Assembly (NCBI GenBank): GCA_043798915.1
Contig: JAZDOG010000100.1
Span: 34,122 to 98,121, forward strand
Direction: 5' to 3'
Source: Pseudomonadota bacterium
GTDB taxonomy: Bacteria; UBA10199; 2-02-FULL-44-16; JAAZCA01
Length of the DNA stretch: 64,000 nucleotides
The stretch's first letter is position 1. Each line of letters begins with the position of its first letter. The position numbers were made by a program, and so were the translations under genes. The notes under the pieces were generated by a model. That model did not search any database, was not told the DNA's origin, and worked only from the letters and a program-made list of their open reading frames with translations. Shown here piece after piece: positions 39,068-51,760 of this stretch.

Positions 39068-41923
39068 TTATCCAGCCTCCATCCCATCCAGCGCGGCCAG
39101 AAGCCCGGAGAGGAACCTCCGGGCGCCGGAGATCAGCTCCTTTGGAGGTTTTTTGAGCTTGAGACTCACCTCGCCATCCCTCTCCTCGATTCCAACTTTG
39201 AATGATTGGGGCTCAATATGCGCGGACTTTTTGTCACCGACGAGGGATCCCAGAATCTTCACGAAGCCGGTCAGGTCGATCTCCCTCTGTGCCGCGGGCA
39301 AAGAAACTTCGGCTGGCGAAGGAGTTTTGTCTTCACTGGCCATCTGCAGGTCTTCGATTACCTCGGGTTTGACCTCGCCCGCCGCCTTGCAATCATCGGC
39401 ATCGCAAATGATGCCCTTCAATCGCTCTATGAATGCCGAACCTTTTTCAAACGCCACGCTGTCGGTCTTGCCGTCGAAGACGCCGTCGAAGAGGAGCTTC
39501 TTGTTGCCGACGGCCTGATAGACGCGCTCCTCGATGCATCCGGTCGAGATGAAGTTGATCACGTTCACCGTGTTTCTCTGGCCCAGCCTGTGCACGCGCG
39601 CTATGCGCTGCTCGAGCACGGCGGGATTCCACGGCATCTCAAGATTTATCACGCAGCTTGCCGATTCCTGGAGATTGAGCCCGAGCCCGCCGGCGTCGGT
39701 CGAGAAAAATATGCGAAGTTTTGGATCGTTGATGAACCGGTCGATCACCTTTCCCCTTGCCGCGGTTTGAATGGAACCGGAAAAGATCACCGACTCCATC
39801 CCATCTTTCATAAGCAGATCGCGAATTGAGGCCTCCGCCAGAAGGAGCATCCTCTCCCACTGGCTGAAGATCACAAATTTCTCGCGGGGATTTTCAAGCA
39901 GCTCCTCCATGACCGACCGGAATTCGAGGAGTTTTGGAGAATGAAAACTGCGTATCTGCGCAAGCGTCAGCGCGCCGGGTTCGTCCACAATCGGCTGGAA
40001 TTTTTTCCAGTCGTGTTGCGCCAGCGCGTTGCTGATTATCCGCATCGCGCTGAGACACATGAATGCGCGTTTCATCTCTTCCGGCGTGAGCGGGCGTTTC
40101 TTCGCTTTGCCCAATATTGCGGCAAGCGCCGCCTCGTAGTCGTCATGGTGTTTGCGCTGTGCGTCCGTGATCTCCGTCGTGTATTCATTCACGATCTTGC
40201 CGGGGAGCTGGCCCAGCACGGCCTCCTTTTCCCGCCGGATGAAGAACGGGGCGATCCTTGACCGCAACTGCGACAAATTGGAGAAACCGGTCAACTTGTC
40301 GTTCACATCCAGATTTCCATATGTCGGCAAAAGCCTCCACATGGGCCCCAGCGGCCTTGGGTGCAGGAATTCGCAGAGCGAATGCAGCTCGGTGAGCCTG
40401 TTTTCAAACGGCGTGCCCGTGAGGATCAGCGAGAATTCGCTCTTCAGCCTCTTCATTCCCTTTGCCGTCTTCGTCTCCCAGTTTTTGATCCGCTGCGCCT
40501 CATCGAGGATGATCATGTCGGGTTTCAGTTCGTGCAATAGATCTTCGTCACGGAATATCAGCTCGTAGTTCACGATCAGAAACATCGCGTCAGTTCCCTC
40601 GTAGAGTTTTTGCCTTATGAACCTGTTCCCCTGCACAATCTGCACTTTTTCACCTGAGATCTTTTCTATCTCCCTTTTCCACTGAAACTTGAGCGAAGCC
40701 GGGCAGAAGATGAGAACTTTGCTTATTCCGGCAAGTTTTTTGATGAGAAGCGCCGCGACGATCGCCTGAACCGTCTTGCCAAGCCCCATGTCGTCGCCGA
40801 TAAAGCTCTTTCGCCTGCTCGCGGCGAAAAGAATCCCCTCTTCCTGGTAATCGTACAATTTTATCGGCAGCGAGTTTTTGAGTTCCATCCATTCTGCGGA
40901 TTGTCGCGGGGCGCTTGCAATTTTTTCCATCCGGGTCTTCCACGAACGGTCGGCGTCGATTTCACGGAGAAGTTTCGGCACGTGATTCGCTATGACGATC
41001 TCCGGAGCTGTTTTTCTGCCGAAACAACGTTTGATGAATTCGATTGCACCGGAAAATCTTTCGCCGGCCGCCGTCCCGGCTGTTGCATCGCGCAGATACC
41101 CGTCCGGATTCCAGAAATCCGCGTCCGGCGCCGTCCGTGCAAACAGCCTGCCGCGAATTCCCTCGTCGCCCGCATGGATGTGAATTTCCCCGAATGGCGG
41201 CCCGCCGCCGGCATAGGTGTCTTTCGGCTGCAGCGAAATCCAGATGCGCGAGTCGCTGCCCTTGTTTTTCTTTCCGCCGACATGCCCTTTCACCAGTTCG
41301 ATATGCTTGCACGTGCCAAGTTCGTTGATCAGATAATCGGGGCAATCGCATGTCGTCCGGTTTAAATCGCGGGCATCTCTCACCATCACCGAATAACTGC
41401 CATTGGCCGTTCCCGAGGCGACAAGATATTCGCCATGGAGGCTTCCCTTCGGCTTTTTGAGGATTCGCAGCGATTCGAGGAGTTTTTTGGAGCGCCGTTT
41501 CTTTCTCTCCAATTCGGCAAGTTCTGATATATGCCGGTCGCGGTTGAAGTGAAATTCCGGCGGTTCCTCTGTATCGATTTTATCAATTTTGCGTTCCGAT
41601 TCCCCATCGCCCTGCCAATAGAGAATCGCCGCGACCGCGTGCTTGCAGACCGGTTCCCAATCGTAGGGACAGGCGCAATCGACTATCGGTTCGCCATCGT
41701 CCCATGAGATATCGACTTCATAAATTTCAGAACCCTCGACTTCGGCATGTATCGTGTCATCGTCGTCGAGTTCGAATGAAATGACGCGGCCATCCCTGTA
41801 ATACGCGGCGCCTCGCTTGTACACCTCGGATGACACAAAATCCCGGATGTCGGAGGGTATGCCCGTCTTCTGCATCGCGATCGCGCGGACAGGCTTGTCT
41901 TGATTCATCTGTTGTGTGGACAT
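39068..41923 (-). CDS. SWIM zinc finger SNF2 helicase
   Basis: CACP..CKH and CDCP..CKH; DDMGLGKT, DEAQ, GLNLQ, QRIARVHR. Confidence 0.92.
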   Translation of the reverse strand: MSTQQMNQDKPVRAIAMQKTGIPSDIRDFVSSEVYKRGAAYYRDGRVISFELDDDDTIHAEVEGSEIYEVDISWDDGEPIVDCACPYDWEPVCKHAVAAILYWQGDGESERKIDKIDTEEPPEFHFNRDRHISELAELERKKRRSKKLLESLRILKKPKGSLHGEYLVASGTANGSYSVMVRDARDLNRTTCDCPDYLINELGTCKHIELVKGHVGGKKNKGSDSRIWISLQPKDTYAGGGPPFGEIHIHAGDEGIRGRLFARTAPDADFWNPDGYLRDATAGTAAGERFSGAIEFIKRCFGRKTAPEIVIANHVPKLLREIDADRSWKTRMEKIASAPRQSAEWMELKNSLPIKLYDYQEEGILFAASRRKSFIGDDMGLGKTVQAIVAALLIKKLAGISKVLIFCPASLKFQWKREIEKISGEKVQIVQGNRFIRQKLYEGTDAMFLIVNYELIFRDEDLLHELKPDMIILDEAQRIKNWETKTAKGMKRLKSEFSLILTGTPFENRLTELHSLCEFLHPRPLGPMWRLLPTYGNLDVNDKLTGFSNLSQLRSRIAPFFIRREKEAVLGQLPGKIVNEYTTEITDAQRKHHDDYEAALAAILGKAKKRPLTPEEMKRAFMCLSAMRIISNALAQHDWKKFQPIVDEPGALTLAQIRSFHSPKLLEFRSVMEELLENPREKFVIFSQWERMLLLAEASIRDLLMKDGMESVIFSGSIQTAARGKVIDRFINDPKLRIFFSTDAGGLGLNLQESASCVINLEMPWNPAVLEQRIARVHRLGQRNTVNVINFISTGCIEERVYQAVGNKKLLFDGVFDGKTDSVAFEKGSAFIERLKGIICDADDCKAAGEVKPEVIEDLQMASEDKTPSPAEVSLPAAQREIDLTGFVKILGSLVGDKKSAHIEPQSFKVGIEERDGEVSLKLKKPPKELISGARRFLSGLLAALDGMEAG

Positions 41924-42035
41924 CGGCGTCTCCTGTAGTTTGTGCGCGTGGCATAGGGACGGACGGCGGAAAAGTCAACTGTGATAATGATCATTGCGTG
42001 TAACTTATTGATGACTGCATAATACAGCGACGTTA

Positions 42036-42126
42036 CCCTCCCCTTTGTAAGGGGAGGGTAAGGGTGGGGTAGACCGCTGTTTCAATGCCGATCTACCTCC
42101 CCTTTCCCCTCCTCACAAAGGAGGGG
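42036..42126. repeat. REP-like palindrome doublet, family A variant
   Basis: CCCTCCCCTTTGTAAGGGGAGGG...GTAGA/TCTAC...; close relative of 50542-50624. Confidence 0.75.
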
Positions 42127-42170
42127 AAATTGATAACGAGCTTCTTCGTCACTATATTTTACAAACCTCA

Positions 42171-42290
42171 TTAATTGGCCATTTTGCCCATGCAGCACTT
42201 CTTGTACTTCTTCCCGCTGCCGCACGGGCATGGGGCGTTTCGGCCGATTTTATTGTCAAGGGTTGTCCCTGCGATATTGGGATGCGCCAT
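42171..42290 (-). CDS. tiny SEC-C motif peptide or gene remnant
   Basis: [20 protein letters not shown]. Confidence 0.6.
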   Translation of the reverse strand: MAHPNIAGTTLDNKIGRNAPCPCGSGKKYKKCCMGKMAN

Positions 42291-42333
42291 TCGCCAGCGG
42301 CGATACAGAGACCTCAATTTTTCGTGCCGCAAT

Positions 42334-42756
42334 TCACTTCTTCGGGCGGCCTGCCGGTTTTGCAAGACCCAATATGAACTCCGCATCCTTGATCGCCTGT
42401 TCTGCATCGAGTCTGGAGTAGAGCTCCGATGGCGGGAGATCCGTTTCGTCATCGCCATAGAAGCTTGTCTCACGCTCTTTGCGCAGGACACGGGAGATTC
42501 GCTTGACGGATTCTATTTCTTTTTTCCATAAAGAGGGGAGTTTGTCCGCGTTTTGCTCCAAAAGCCATCCCACGTCGTGAAGGCGGGGCACTTCCACCCC
42601 GATGCGCCTGAGGGCCGCCTTCGTGACGAGTTCAACGACTTCCTGCGCCCTGCGAACGACCATATTCCAGCAGGATTTTTTGAAATAGTTGCGCGCCTCA
42701 TCGAGGATCAGCGCGGACTGGTCGAAGTAATGCCGGCTCATCTCCTGATTTGTCAT
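42334..42756 (-). CDS. HEPN-domain protein
   Basis: [24 protein letters not shown]; overlaps MNT gene. Confidence 0.88.
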   Translation of the reverse strand: MTNQEMSRHYFDQSALILDEARNYFKKSCWNMVVRRAQEVVELVTKAALRRIGVEVPRLHDVGWLLEQNADKLPSLWKKEIESVKRISRVLRKERETSFYGDDETDLPPSELYSRLDAEQAIKDAEFILGLAKPAGRPKK

Positions 42757-43256
42757 ATCGTGAATTCCTCCTCCCATTTTATACCGGGTTTTATTTCCCA
42801 ATAGCGCACGGAACCGATTTTTTTCCTTTTCGAACCGAGATCCGCCATCCTTTTTTTGAGCTTGCCGATAATTCCCTTGAAGAAGCCGCCTTCGTCGCGG
42901 AGATAAACGGCGTCCTCCGTGAGGTCGAAAAACAGGGGACGCACATGCCTTGCCTCAGCGGTTGTCTTGAGAAAATAATTTAACTCCGAAAATATCCCTT
43001 CATGGCGGAGGTCATCAAACTCGCCTTCCAGTTTTTCCTCGATCGGTTCCATGATCCGGTTTCGTGCGAGGCGGCCGTCCGGCAAAGAGCGCATGATGAT
43101 AATTAGGTCGATATCCGACGATGGATTGGCCTCGCCGCGCGCCACCGATCCGAAAAGGACGATGGAAACCGCATTGCCGGCAAACCGCTCGATAACGAGC
43201 CGCGCGAAATCCGCAGCCAGCTTGCGCAGTCTGACATTTATGCCGTTCTCTTTCAT
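42753..43256 (-). CDS. minimal nucleotidyltransferase (MNT)
   Basis: LFGSVARGE...SDIDL. Confidence 0.9.
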   Translation of the reverse strand: MKENGINVRLRKLAADFARLVIERFAGNAVSIVLFGSVARGEANPSSDIDLIIIMRSLPDGRLARNRIMEPIEEKLEGEFDDLRHEGIFSELNYFLKTTAEARHVRPLFFDLTEDAVYLRDEGGFFKGIIGKLKKRMADLGSKRKKIGSVRYWEIKPGIKWEEEFTI

Positions 43257-43319
43257 CGTATCACCAAAAGTCTGATGAATAGTGTGATAAGAACTCCTTA
43301 GCAAGACGAGATGTTTTTG

Positions 43320-45392
43320 TCACACTGTAATTCCAGCAGAATTTCCGATCACCTTCAATATTTCCTCCCCATACCGATCGAGCTTGACGGCGCCGAAGCC
43401 GAAGCATTCTCCAAGTTCCGCGATGTTCGCAGGCCCGGCTGCGGCGACGGCCCGAAGCGCCCGGTCGCTCGCGATGATGAATGGCGGCACCCCTTCAGAC
43501 TTCGAGCGGAGAAACCGCCACGCGCGAAGCCGCTCGAAGAGCGGATCCGACGGCGCAATTGCAGGATCGGCGCGCGGCGGCCGCCTGCCCTTTGCCGGGG
43601 CATCCGGCTTGCTTCTGAACGGCTTCGCCTCTCCGCTGCACACATCGCAATGCCCGCACGCGGAGGACCGGCCGCCAAAATAGCGTATGAGGCGCATCTG
43701 CCGGCAGCTGCGGGACATGGCATATCTCACCATGGCATCGAGCTTGGCTTCGTCGCGGCGGCGCTTTTCCGCGAGCGCATCGCAGTCGATCGGCAGATCT
43801 TTCGGATCGATGCGCCGGCTGATTATCACAGCTCTCCCCGGCGAATCTCCCGCAGAACTCCTGTCGATGACGTCCATCCGCCTGAGGATGCCCAACGCGC
43901 TCGACACCGTCATGTCCGACGCCCCTTCTATTCGCGCGGCGATGGCCCTCGCGGAGATTTCGATGACATCCAGCTTCTCGTCCAGGAGCGCCCTGTAGGC
44001 GCCGCGGATCAGCTCCGGGCCCGGATTCGAACCGTCGATGAAGAACTCCTGTATCCTTCTGTCTGCAAACGAGAACAACAGCTCGCAGCGCGAATATTTT
44101 CCGTCGCGCCCCGCGCGGCCGGCTTCCTGGTAATACGCCTCGACCGAACCGGGCATCTGATAGTGGACGACCAGCCGGATATCCGCCTTGTCGATCCCCA
44201 TGCCGAATGCGTTGGTCGCGGCGATGACGCGGATTTCGCCCTTCATGAAGGCTTCCTGCACGGCGGTCCTCTCGCCGTGTTCCATGCCCGCATGATATAC
44301 GCCGGTTTTGATCCCCCGGGCGGAAAGCATGGAGCCCGCCTCTTCCGCGCGCTTGCGCGAGGCCGCATAGATGATCGCGGGGCCATCCGATTCTTTGAAC
44401 AGCGCGGCCAGGCGCTGGCTCCGCTCCTCCTCGCCTGAAACCGGCGTCACCGCGAATGCGAGATTCGGCCTTTCAAAGCCGGTGACGAATGTCACCATGT
44501 TCGGGACGTCGAGCTGTTTCACGATGTCCTGCTGCACCTCCGGCGTGGCCGTTGCGGTCATGGCGACGACCTGCCTTGCGCCGGATTTTGAAATCGCCCT
44601 GCCGAGGCGCATGTAATCCGGCCTGAAATCGTGCCCCCACTGTGAAATGCAGTGCGCCTCGTCGACGACGAAGATGTTCGGCGACAGGCGCGGAAGTATT
44701 TCGACAAACGACGGGACCTTGAATCGTTCCGGCGCGACGTAGAGGAAACGAAGTTTTCCTTCGGCGGCCCTTGCGATGACCTCTTCCTGTTTGTCGGGCG
44801 CAAGCGAGCTGTTGAGCGCCGCAGCCGGTATGCCGCGGCGAGAAAGCTCGTCCACCTGATCCTTCATCAGGGCGATGAGCGGGCTCACGACGATGCAAAG
44901 CCCGCTGCCCATAAGCGCCGGCAGCTGGAAACACAGCGATTTTCCGCGGCCGGTCGGCATCACCGCAAGCGTGTGCCTTTCACCGACGATTGCGCGGGCG
45001 ACCTCTTCCTGTCCGGGGCGGAAGGAATCGAAACCAAAGTGTTTCTTGAGCGCCGCATGCATCTCTTCGCTGCCGGCGCGCGCCGGCTCAAGGCACCCTT
45101 TCTCGCCACCCCCGCCGGCATCGACAATCTCCCTCGCTGCAAGAGCTTCCCTCTCCGCGACGCGCGCGAGGAACGAGAGGGCAAAGGCATTCTTTGGGTC
45201 GCGGCGGATCGCCTCTTCAAGGAGCGGCCTCGCCTGCGACAGATCGCCTGCGAGAAAATAGCAATGGCCGAGATTCGACAGGAGAAACGGCGTCTCTCCG
45301 AGCTCGTCCATCGCCTCTTCGAACAGGGCGATCGCGCCGCGCGGATTTCCCGAACGTTTGAGTTTCAGAGCGCCGGCGACCTTGTCATCCAT
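43320..45392 (-). CDS. recQ: RecQ-family DNA helicase with N-terminal TPR and C-terminal HRDC
   Basis: [39 protein letters not shown]. Confidence 0.92.
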   Translation of the reverse strand: MDDKVAGALKLKRSGNPRGAIALFEEAMDELGETPFLLSNLGHCYFLAGDLSQARPLLEEAIRRDPKNAFALSFLARVAEREALAAREIVDAGGGGEKGCLEPARAGSEEMHAALKKHFGFDSFRPGQEEVARAIVGERHTLAVMPTGRGKSLCFQLPALMGSGLCIVVSPLIALMKDQVDELSRRGIPAAALNSSLAPDKQEEVIARAAEGKLRFLYVAPERFKVPSFVEILPRLSPNIFVVDEAHCISQWGHDFRPDYMRLGRAISKSGARQVVAMTATATPEVQQDIVKQLDVPNMVTFVTGFERPNLAFAVTPVSGEEERSQRLAALFKESDGPAIIYAASRKRAEEAGSMLSARGIKTGVYHAGMEHGERTAVQEAFMKGEIRVIAATNAFGMGIDKADIRLVVHYQMPGSVEAYYQEAGRAGRDGKYSRCELLFSFADRRIQEFFIDGSNPGPELIRGAYRALLDEKLDVIEISARAIAARIEGASDMTVSSALGILRRMDVIDRSSAGDSPGRAVIISRRIDPKDLPIDCDALAEKRRRDEAKLDAMVRYAMSRSCRQMRLIRYFGGRSSACGHCDVCSGEAKPFRSKPDAPAKGRRPPRADPAIAPSDPLFERLRAWRFLRSKSEGVPPFIIASDRALRAVAAAGPANIAELGECFGFGAVKLDRYGEEILKVIGNSAGITV

Positions 45393-45448
45393 GCATCCTC
45401 CAGCTGAAAGCGGAGTCTTAACAAGATTTGCGGGGGTTCACAAGTGTT

Positions 45449-45898
45449 TCACTTCTTGGGATAAATCGCCTTAAGAACCTTGATATCCTCGAAATCCCGG
45501 GGACGGGCCGACGCCTTCTTTGCTCTGATAAGGTCGTCGACTGAAAGTGCGGGGATTAGAACTTTATCCAGTTCGAGAAAGACTTTGCCTTGCCACGCAG
45601 ACGTAAATTCCAATCCTTTGACTGCCGTCAGCACATCCAGTCTGACGACGTCCTTGAAAATTGTTACCTCGGTCGCACAGACATCTTCCGGCGTCGTAAG
45701 TTCCGCGGTCCCCATGCCGAATTCCTTCAGGGCATCGAGCAGGCGGGCTGCATTGCCAGGATTTGGATTGAGAAATATGTCGATGTCCTTCGTGACGCGC
45801 GGGATGCCGTAGGCGATCGCAAGCGTGCCGCCTATCAGAATGTACTCAACGCCGTGCTTGTTCAAGCACTCGAACAGTTTTGAATGTTTGATGATCAT
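45449..45898 (-). CDS. nucleotidyltransferase (DUF6036-like)
   Basis: YILIGG.A...PRVTKDID; K.ASARPRD..D. Confidence 0.82.
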   Translation of the reverse strand: MIIKHSKLFECLNKHGVEYILIGGTLAIAYGIPRVTKDIDIFLNPNPGNAARLLDALKEFGMGTAELTTPEDVCATEVTIFKDVVRLDVLTAVKGLEFTSAWQGKVFLELDKVLIPALSVDDLIRAKKASARPRDFEDIKVLKAIYPKK

Positions 45899-46046
45899 CT
45901 GGCGGCTCGGATTTGCATAGTTTTCTGTAGAGAATCATCCCTTCAAACGCCTCTTTCAGACGCTCTTCGATCGGTTTTTCAAGAAACCAGCGAGCCTTGG
46001 CTTCAAGCGACTCGTCTTCAAAACTGTGGGATACCCCATATTCCAT
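45846..46046 (-). CDS. small partner protein of nucleotidyltransferase (putative antitoxin)
   Basis: Overlaps downstream NTase; ESLEAKARWF motif. Confidence 0.6.
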   Translation of the reverse strand: MEYGVSHSFEDESLEAKARWFLEKPIEERLKEAFEGMILYRKLCKSEPPDDHQTFKTVRVLEQARR

Positions 46047-46094
46047 GTCTGTAATATTGCCAGAAAGGAAGGGTGGCTGCAAAGGAAAACGCCG

Positions 46095-46691
46095 TCACTT
46101 ATCCAATTCCACATTCCAATAGCTGAAGTCGATCATGTTGAAGAACGGCCGCCACTCGTCGTATTCGATCGGGCCGGATATCAAGTCGACGAAGGGCGTG
46201 GATTTGGGGCGCACCGGCAGGCAAAGCGGCTTCATCCCGGCCTCGTGCGGGAGCCTGCCTCCCTTTTTGCGGTTGCATGGATGGCAGCTCGTGACGACGT
46301 TGTCCCAGGCGGTGACGCCGCCGCGCGAGCGAGGGATGACGTGGTCGATGTTGAGTTTCGATCGGGGAAATCTCTTTCCGCAATACTGGCAGGTGTGGCG
46401 GTCGCGGAGCATGATGTTCAGGCGCGAGAAGCGCACGGTGCGCCTGGGAAACCTGTCATATGAAGAGAGCAGCACGACGCGCGGGACCCGGACCGCCTTT
46501 CCGATGATGCCGACTGTGTCGTCGTGCACCGCCGCGGACAGCTCCGTCCAGCTCATGAAGTCAAACGTGCGATGTTCGCGATCCACCGCTCGCGCGATGC
46601 CGGCAAAGAGCATGCAGAAAGCCCGCCGCGCCGTAACGATATTGACCGGCATGTAAAACCTGTTCAGGACCAGGACCTGGCTCGATAACAT
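46095..46691 (-). CDS. HNH endonuclease
   Basis: VLVLN, RDRHTCQYCG, IDHVIPRSRGG, C..CN.KKG. Confidence 0.92.
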   Translation of the reverse strand: MLSSQVLVLNRFYMPVNIVTARRAFCMLFAGIARAVDREHRTFDFMSWTELSAAVHDDTVGIIGKAVRVPRVVLLSSYDRFPRRTVRFSRLNIMLRDRHTCQYCGKRFPRSKLNIDHVIPRSRGGVTAWDNVVTSCHPCNRKKGGRLPHEAGMKPLCLPVRPKSTPFVDLISGPIEYDEWRPFFNMIDFSYWNVELDK

Positions 46692-46783
46692 AAATATTCC
46701 GCTTCCTTCACTTGTATTATATCACACTTTTCATTCTATGTTTACAAAGCTCATTGAAGCAAGTAAAAAACCTTCCGCGCATC

Positions 46784-47920
46784 ATGTCCAACCCAGGCCC
46801 AATCGATTTTATAAATCACGACTACCGCACAACCTTTGGAGACCGTTGTCTCAACATCTATAAAAAAGTCGTTGCCGATCCTGAAACCAGACACGACCAA
46901 TTGGCTTTTTTCGCCAGGATGTCCCGCTGGTTGCCCAAGCCCTGCAACATCCGCCGCGAGCGCCTGCGAAGGCTGATCAAATATCGCGACGGAAGCCTTC
47001 CCATCGAATTGTCCTCCCCGATCATGCTGGCAGCAGGGGGCAATAAATTTGCAAGGAACCTGCAACATTTTGCCAATTTTGGTTTCGGGGCAATAACCGT
47101 CGGGACCGCAACGCGGAATGCGCGCGAAGGCAATCCCTTCAGGCCCAGGATACGGATGCTGCCGGAGGATCGCGCTATCCAGAACAGCATGGGACTCAAC
47201 AATCCCGGCGTTGACCGCCTCGCCGAAGCCATAGAACTCAACATGGACAGTGTAAGGAGGAACGATCTCTGCGTCGGCCTGTCCGTGGCCCAAGACCCCG
47301 ACGAGAAAGATCCGGCGCGAAAGCTGGAAGACATGTTCTACGCATTCCGAAAGGCCTACGGCGCTGCGGACTACGTGGAGGTCAACATCTCCTGCCCCAA
47401 CACGGGCAGCGAGCGCATAGATTCCGAGCTCCACCACCTTGAAAAAATGATGTCGGGCATAATGAAGATCAGGCGGAACGATCTCTCGCGGAAGGCCGTC
47501 TATGCCAAGCTCTCTCCGGACATGAGCGAGCCCAGGCTCTGCGCGGTCCTCGACATCGTCAAGGAACACGGGATCAACGGCGTGATCCTCTTCAACACCC
47601 TTCCGGGCGAACTGGGGGGACATCTCAAATTTCACCGCAGGGAGCGGCAGAATTTGAAACCGGTCACCGCGGATGGCGGGCTGGGAGGGATTTCCGGCCG
47701 GTGTCTCTATGCGAACACATTTCGCGGAGTGGCATTCGTCAAAAGGAATTATCCCGATCTGTCTGTCATCGCCTCGGGCGGCATCGACCACGGCCGGAAG
47801 GTATTTGATTTGCTCCGGCTGGGAGCGGACGCGGTGCAGTGTTATTCAGTGCTGGCCTACAGATGGATGGCCGTCTGGAAGATGCTGGGGGAGCTGGAAG
47901 CGGCGATGAAATGCCGCTAA
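46784..47920 (+). CDS. pyrD: dihydroorotate dehydrogenase (class 2-like)
   Basis: NSMGLNNPG, NISCPNT, KLSPD, GGISG, SGGI. Confidence 0.85.
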   Translation: MSNPGPIDFINHDYRTTFGDRCLNIYKKVVADPETRHDQLAFFARMSRWLPKPCNIRRERLRRLIKYRDGSLPIELSSPIMLAAGGNKFARNLQHFANFGFGAITVGTATRNAREGNPFRPRIRMLPEDRAIQNSMGLNNPGVDRLAEAIELNMDSVRRNDLCVGLSVAQDPDEKDPARKLEDMFYAFRKAYGAADYVEVNISCPNTGSERIDSELHHLEKMMSGIMKIRRNDLSRKAVYAKLSPDMSEPRLCAVLDIVKEHGINGVILFNTLPGELGGHLKFHRRERQNLKPVTADGGLGGISGRCLYANTFRGVAFVKRNYPDLSVIASGGIDHGRKVFDLLRLGADAVQCYSVLAYRWMAVWKMLGELEAAMKCR

Positions 47921-47963
47921 AACCCTGGCATAAGGCACAGGGCTTAAGGCGCAAGGAACACCC

Positions 47964-48275
47964 TTACGCCTTACGCCTGCGGTATAGTCTGCATCCAAAA
48001 GCATCAATATGTTTCTTCAATTCTGAATTTGAAATTTTATCATAATCGATCACATCGAATTTGTATGGCAGGTTTGTCTCGGCGTTCAACTTGCGCGACA
48101 GACGGCCAACCAGAGCAGCGCTGATCCGCCCCTTCAAAGCCAAATCCACGTCCGAGCCCTTCTTGAAATTGCCCATTGCGCGCGACCCGAAAATTATAAC
48201 ATCAGCGATTTCCGAAAAACTCGCAAAGATGGCGGCCAATTCGGAAATCTGGCATTTCGAAAGTCCAAACTTCAT
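47964..48275 (-). CDS. minimal nucleotidyltransferase (MNT)
   Basis: IFGSRAMGN...SDVDLA. Confidence 0.9.
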   Translation of the reverse strand: MKFGLSKCQISELAAIFASFSEIADVIIFGSRAMGNFKKGSDVDLALKGRISAALVGRLSRKLNAETNLPYKFDVIDYDKISNSELKKHIDAFGCRLYRRRKA

Positions 48276-48674
48276 TCACTTGTTCTCTTTATTGAAAAAG
48301 GCGATCAGTTTTGCCATGGCTGGCTGATAGGCAGAGACAATGAGCCGCATTGCCTCTTTTGCTCTTTTTTCATCATACGTATGGGCGAGGAGATTTCGGT
48401 TTTCAAGCATATCCAGCCATATTTCTCCGTCGGATATTATGCCATGATGAAACGCTTCTTTTATGATATCTCTGGGGAAAGAAACCTCGACACCCCTGTC
48501 TTCGAGAAAATCTTTTAAAGTTTTCCAGGCCAGTTCAAAAGTAAACTCAAAGCTCTTGATTATTCCCTGCCGCTCAATTTCACCGGGCTTGGCTATCTTC
48601 AGTCCTTTTTGAAGCTGGAAATAGGCCTTTTGCAGATTTTGAAAACGCTGTTTCCAGCGGATTTCCTTGTTCAC
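48276..48674 (-). CDS. HI0074-family HEPN nucleotidyltransferase substrate-binding protein
   Basis: RWKQRFQN, FEFTFELAWK, RNLLAHTY. Confidence 0.92.
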   Translation of the reverse strand: MNKEIRWKQRFQNLQKAYFQLQKGLKIAKPGEIERQGIIKSFEFTFELAWKTLKDFLEDRGVEVSFPRDIIKEAFHHGIISDGEIWLDMLENRNLLAHTYDEKRAKEAMRLIVSAYQPAMAKLIAFFNKENK

Positions 48675-48755
48675 TTGCCCCCCTCACCCTGAGCCCTTGG
48701 ACAGCTAACAAATCTCCATCTTTCTGTCATCAGCTTTGTCGCGTCGGACGTGTCT

Positions 48756-50533
<1,778 letters not shown>

Positions 50534-50541
50534 TCAAAGTT

Positions 50542-50624
50542 TCCCCTCCTTTGTAAGGAGGGGGTCAGGGGAGGTAGATCGTGATCTACCCCGCCCCAGC
50601 CCTCCCCTTACAAAGGGGAGGGGA
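50542..50624. repeat. REP-like palindrome doublet, family A variant
   Basis: TCCCCTCCTTTGTAAGGAGGGG...GTAGATC/GATCTAC... Confidence 0.75.
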
Positions 50625-50629
50625 TGGTG

Positions 50630-51550
50630 TCAACAAAGGAAGCGCTCGACTTCGCCGACAATATCATCACGCCGTTCCGGATCAAACCACATGATCTCCG
50701 GGTCGGCGCTGAACCATGTCATCTGGCGCTTGGCGAAATGGCGGCTGTTCTTCTTCATGAGAAGGACCGCTTCCTTCAAATCCATTTCCCCTTTGAGATA
50801 CGCAGCGATTTCACGATAGCCGACAGCGGAAAAGGGCTGAGAGGCGGAGTCGTGATGCGAGATGAGGGAGCGGACCTCTTCCACAAGCCCCCCCCCGATC
50901 ATCCGGTTCACGCGCTCATCTATGCGGCGATAGAGCTCGGCGCGATCGACCTTCAGGCCGATCTTCAAGGCGTCATAGCGCCTTTCTTTGAACCCGTGGC
51001 ATTTTCTGATGGCAGTAGCGGACATCCCCGTCAGATGGTGGATCTCGAGCGCCCTGACGATCCTCGCCCTGTCGTTAGGGTGGAGCCTTGCGGCGGACCC
51101 GGCGTCGACGGCCGAGAGCCTCTCGTGCAGCATGGGCGCACCGTGTTTCTCCATCTCTGCATCGAGCTCAGCGCGAAAATCCGGATCGCGGGGCGGGGCA
51201 TCGCAAATGCCGTGCACCAGCATCCTTATATACATGCCGGTGCCGCCCACGATGAATGGGACCCTGCCGCGCGCGCGGATATCGGCGATGGCCGCATCCG
51301 CAAGCGCGACGAACCGCGAGGCGTCGAAATGTTCGCCCGGGATGGCCACGTCGATGAGGTGATGCGGCACATCGCCCTGCTCGGTGAGGGCCGCCTTGGC
51401 CGTCCCGATGTCGAACCCGCGCCACACCGCTCCTGAATCGGCAGAGACGATCTCGCCGTCGAATTTGCGCGCAAGCTCGACACCCACCCGCGTCTTTCCA
51501 GAGGCGGTCGGCCCACAGATGATTATGATTTTTTGCAGCGCATTCGTCAT
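50630..51550 (-). CDS. miaA: tRNA dimethylallyltransferase
   Basis: GPTASGKT, DIGTAK, VGGTGMY, FAKRQMTWF. Confidence 0.96.
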   Translation of the reverse strand: MTNALQKIIIICGPTASGKTRVGVELARKFDGEIVSADSGAVWRGFDIGTAKAALTEQGDVPHHLIDVAIPGEHFDASRFVALADAAIADIRARGRVPFIVGGTGMYIRMLVHGICDAPPRDPDFRAELDAEMEKHGAPMLHERLSAVDAGSAARLHPNDRARIVRALEIHHLTGMSATAIRKCHGFKERRYDALKIGLKVDRAELYRRIDERVNRMIGGGLVEEVRSLISHHDSASQPFSAVGYREIAAYLKGEMDLKEAVLLMKKNSRHFAKRQMTWFSADPEIMWFDPERRDDIVGEVERFLC

Positions 51551-51717
51551 AAAAAATTGGCCCGCCAGTTTAAACGAGCGGGCCAACGGTAAAGGACAAA
51601 AGCGTAGAAGTCTACATCACTTATTGGAGTCTCGGGGAGGAACACCGTCCCGTCTGGGCACTTGCTTGCCACCTTCACATCGCCTGCTCCGATAAAGCAA
51701 CTGGGGTTCCGAAGCAT
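51547..51717 (-). pseudogene. internally deleted copy of FGE/SUMF1 gene 53718-54500 (56-aa mini ORF)
   Basis: IGAGDVKVASKCPDGTVFLP vs MIGAGDAKVTVRCTDGMVFIP; 51670-51693 matches 54474-54497 at 23/24 nt; 3' flank also duplicated. Confidence 0.7.
51551..51586 (-). terminator. intrinsic terminator-like hairpin
   Basis: TTGGCCCGC...GCGGGCCAA with T6 on minus strand. Confidence 0.6.
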
Positions 51718-51760
51718 TTTACACAGTTTGCTCTGTCCCTATTTGCTCCGGGACGGATGG

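Noticed and set aside
47929..47980. Short TAAGGC/GCCTTA repeats after pyrD
   Set aside because: Probably a simple terminator-like hairpin between convergent genes; too short to support more
51588..51615. A-biased mismatches between duplicated blocks as a DGR TR/VR signature
   Set aside because: Short, downstream of the FGE stop, A-rich, on the antisense strand of the gene, and no reverse transcriptase seen
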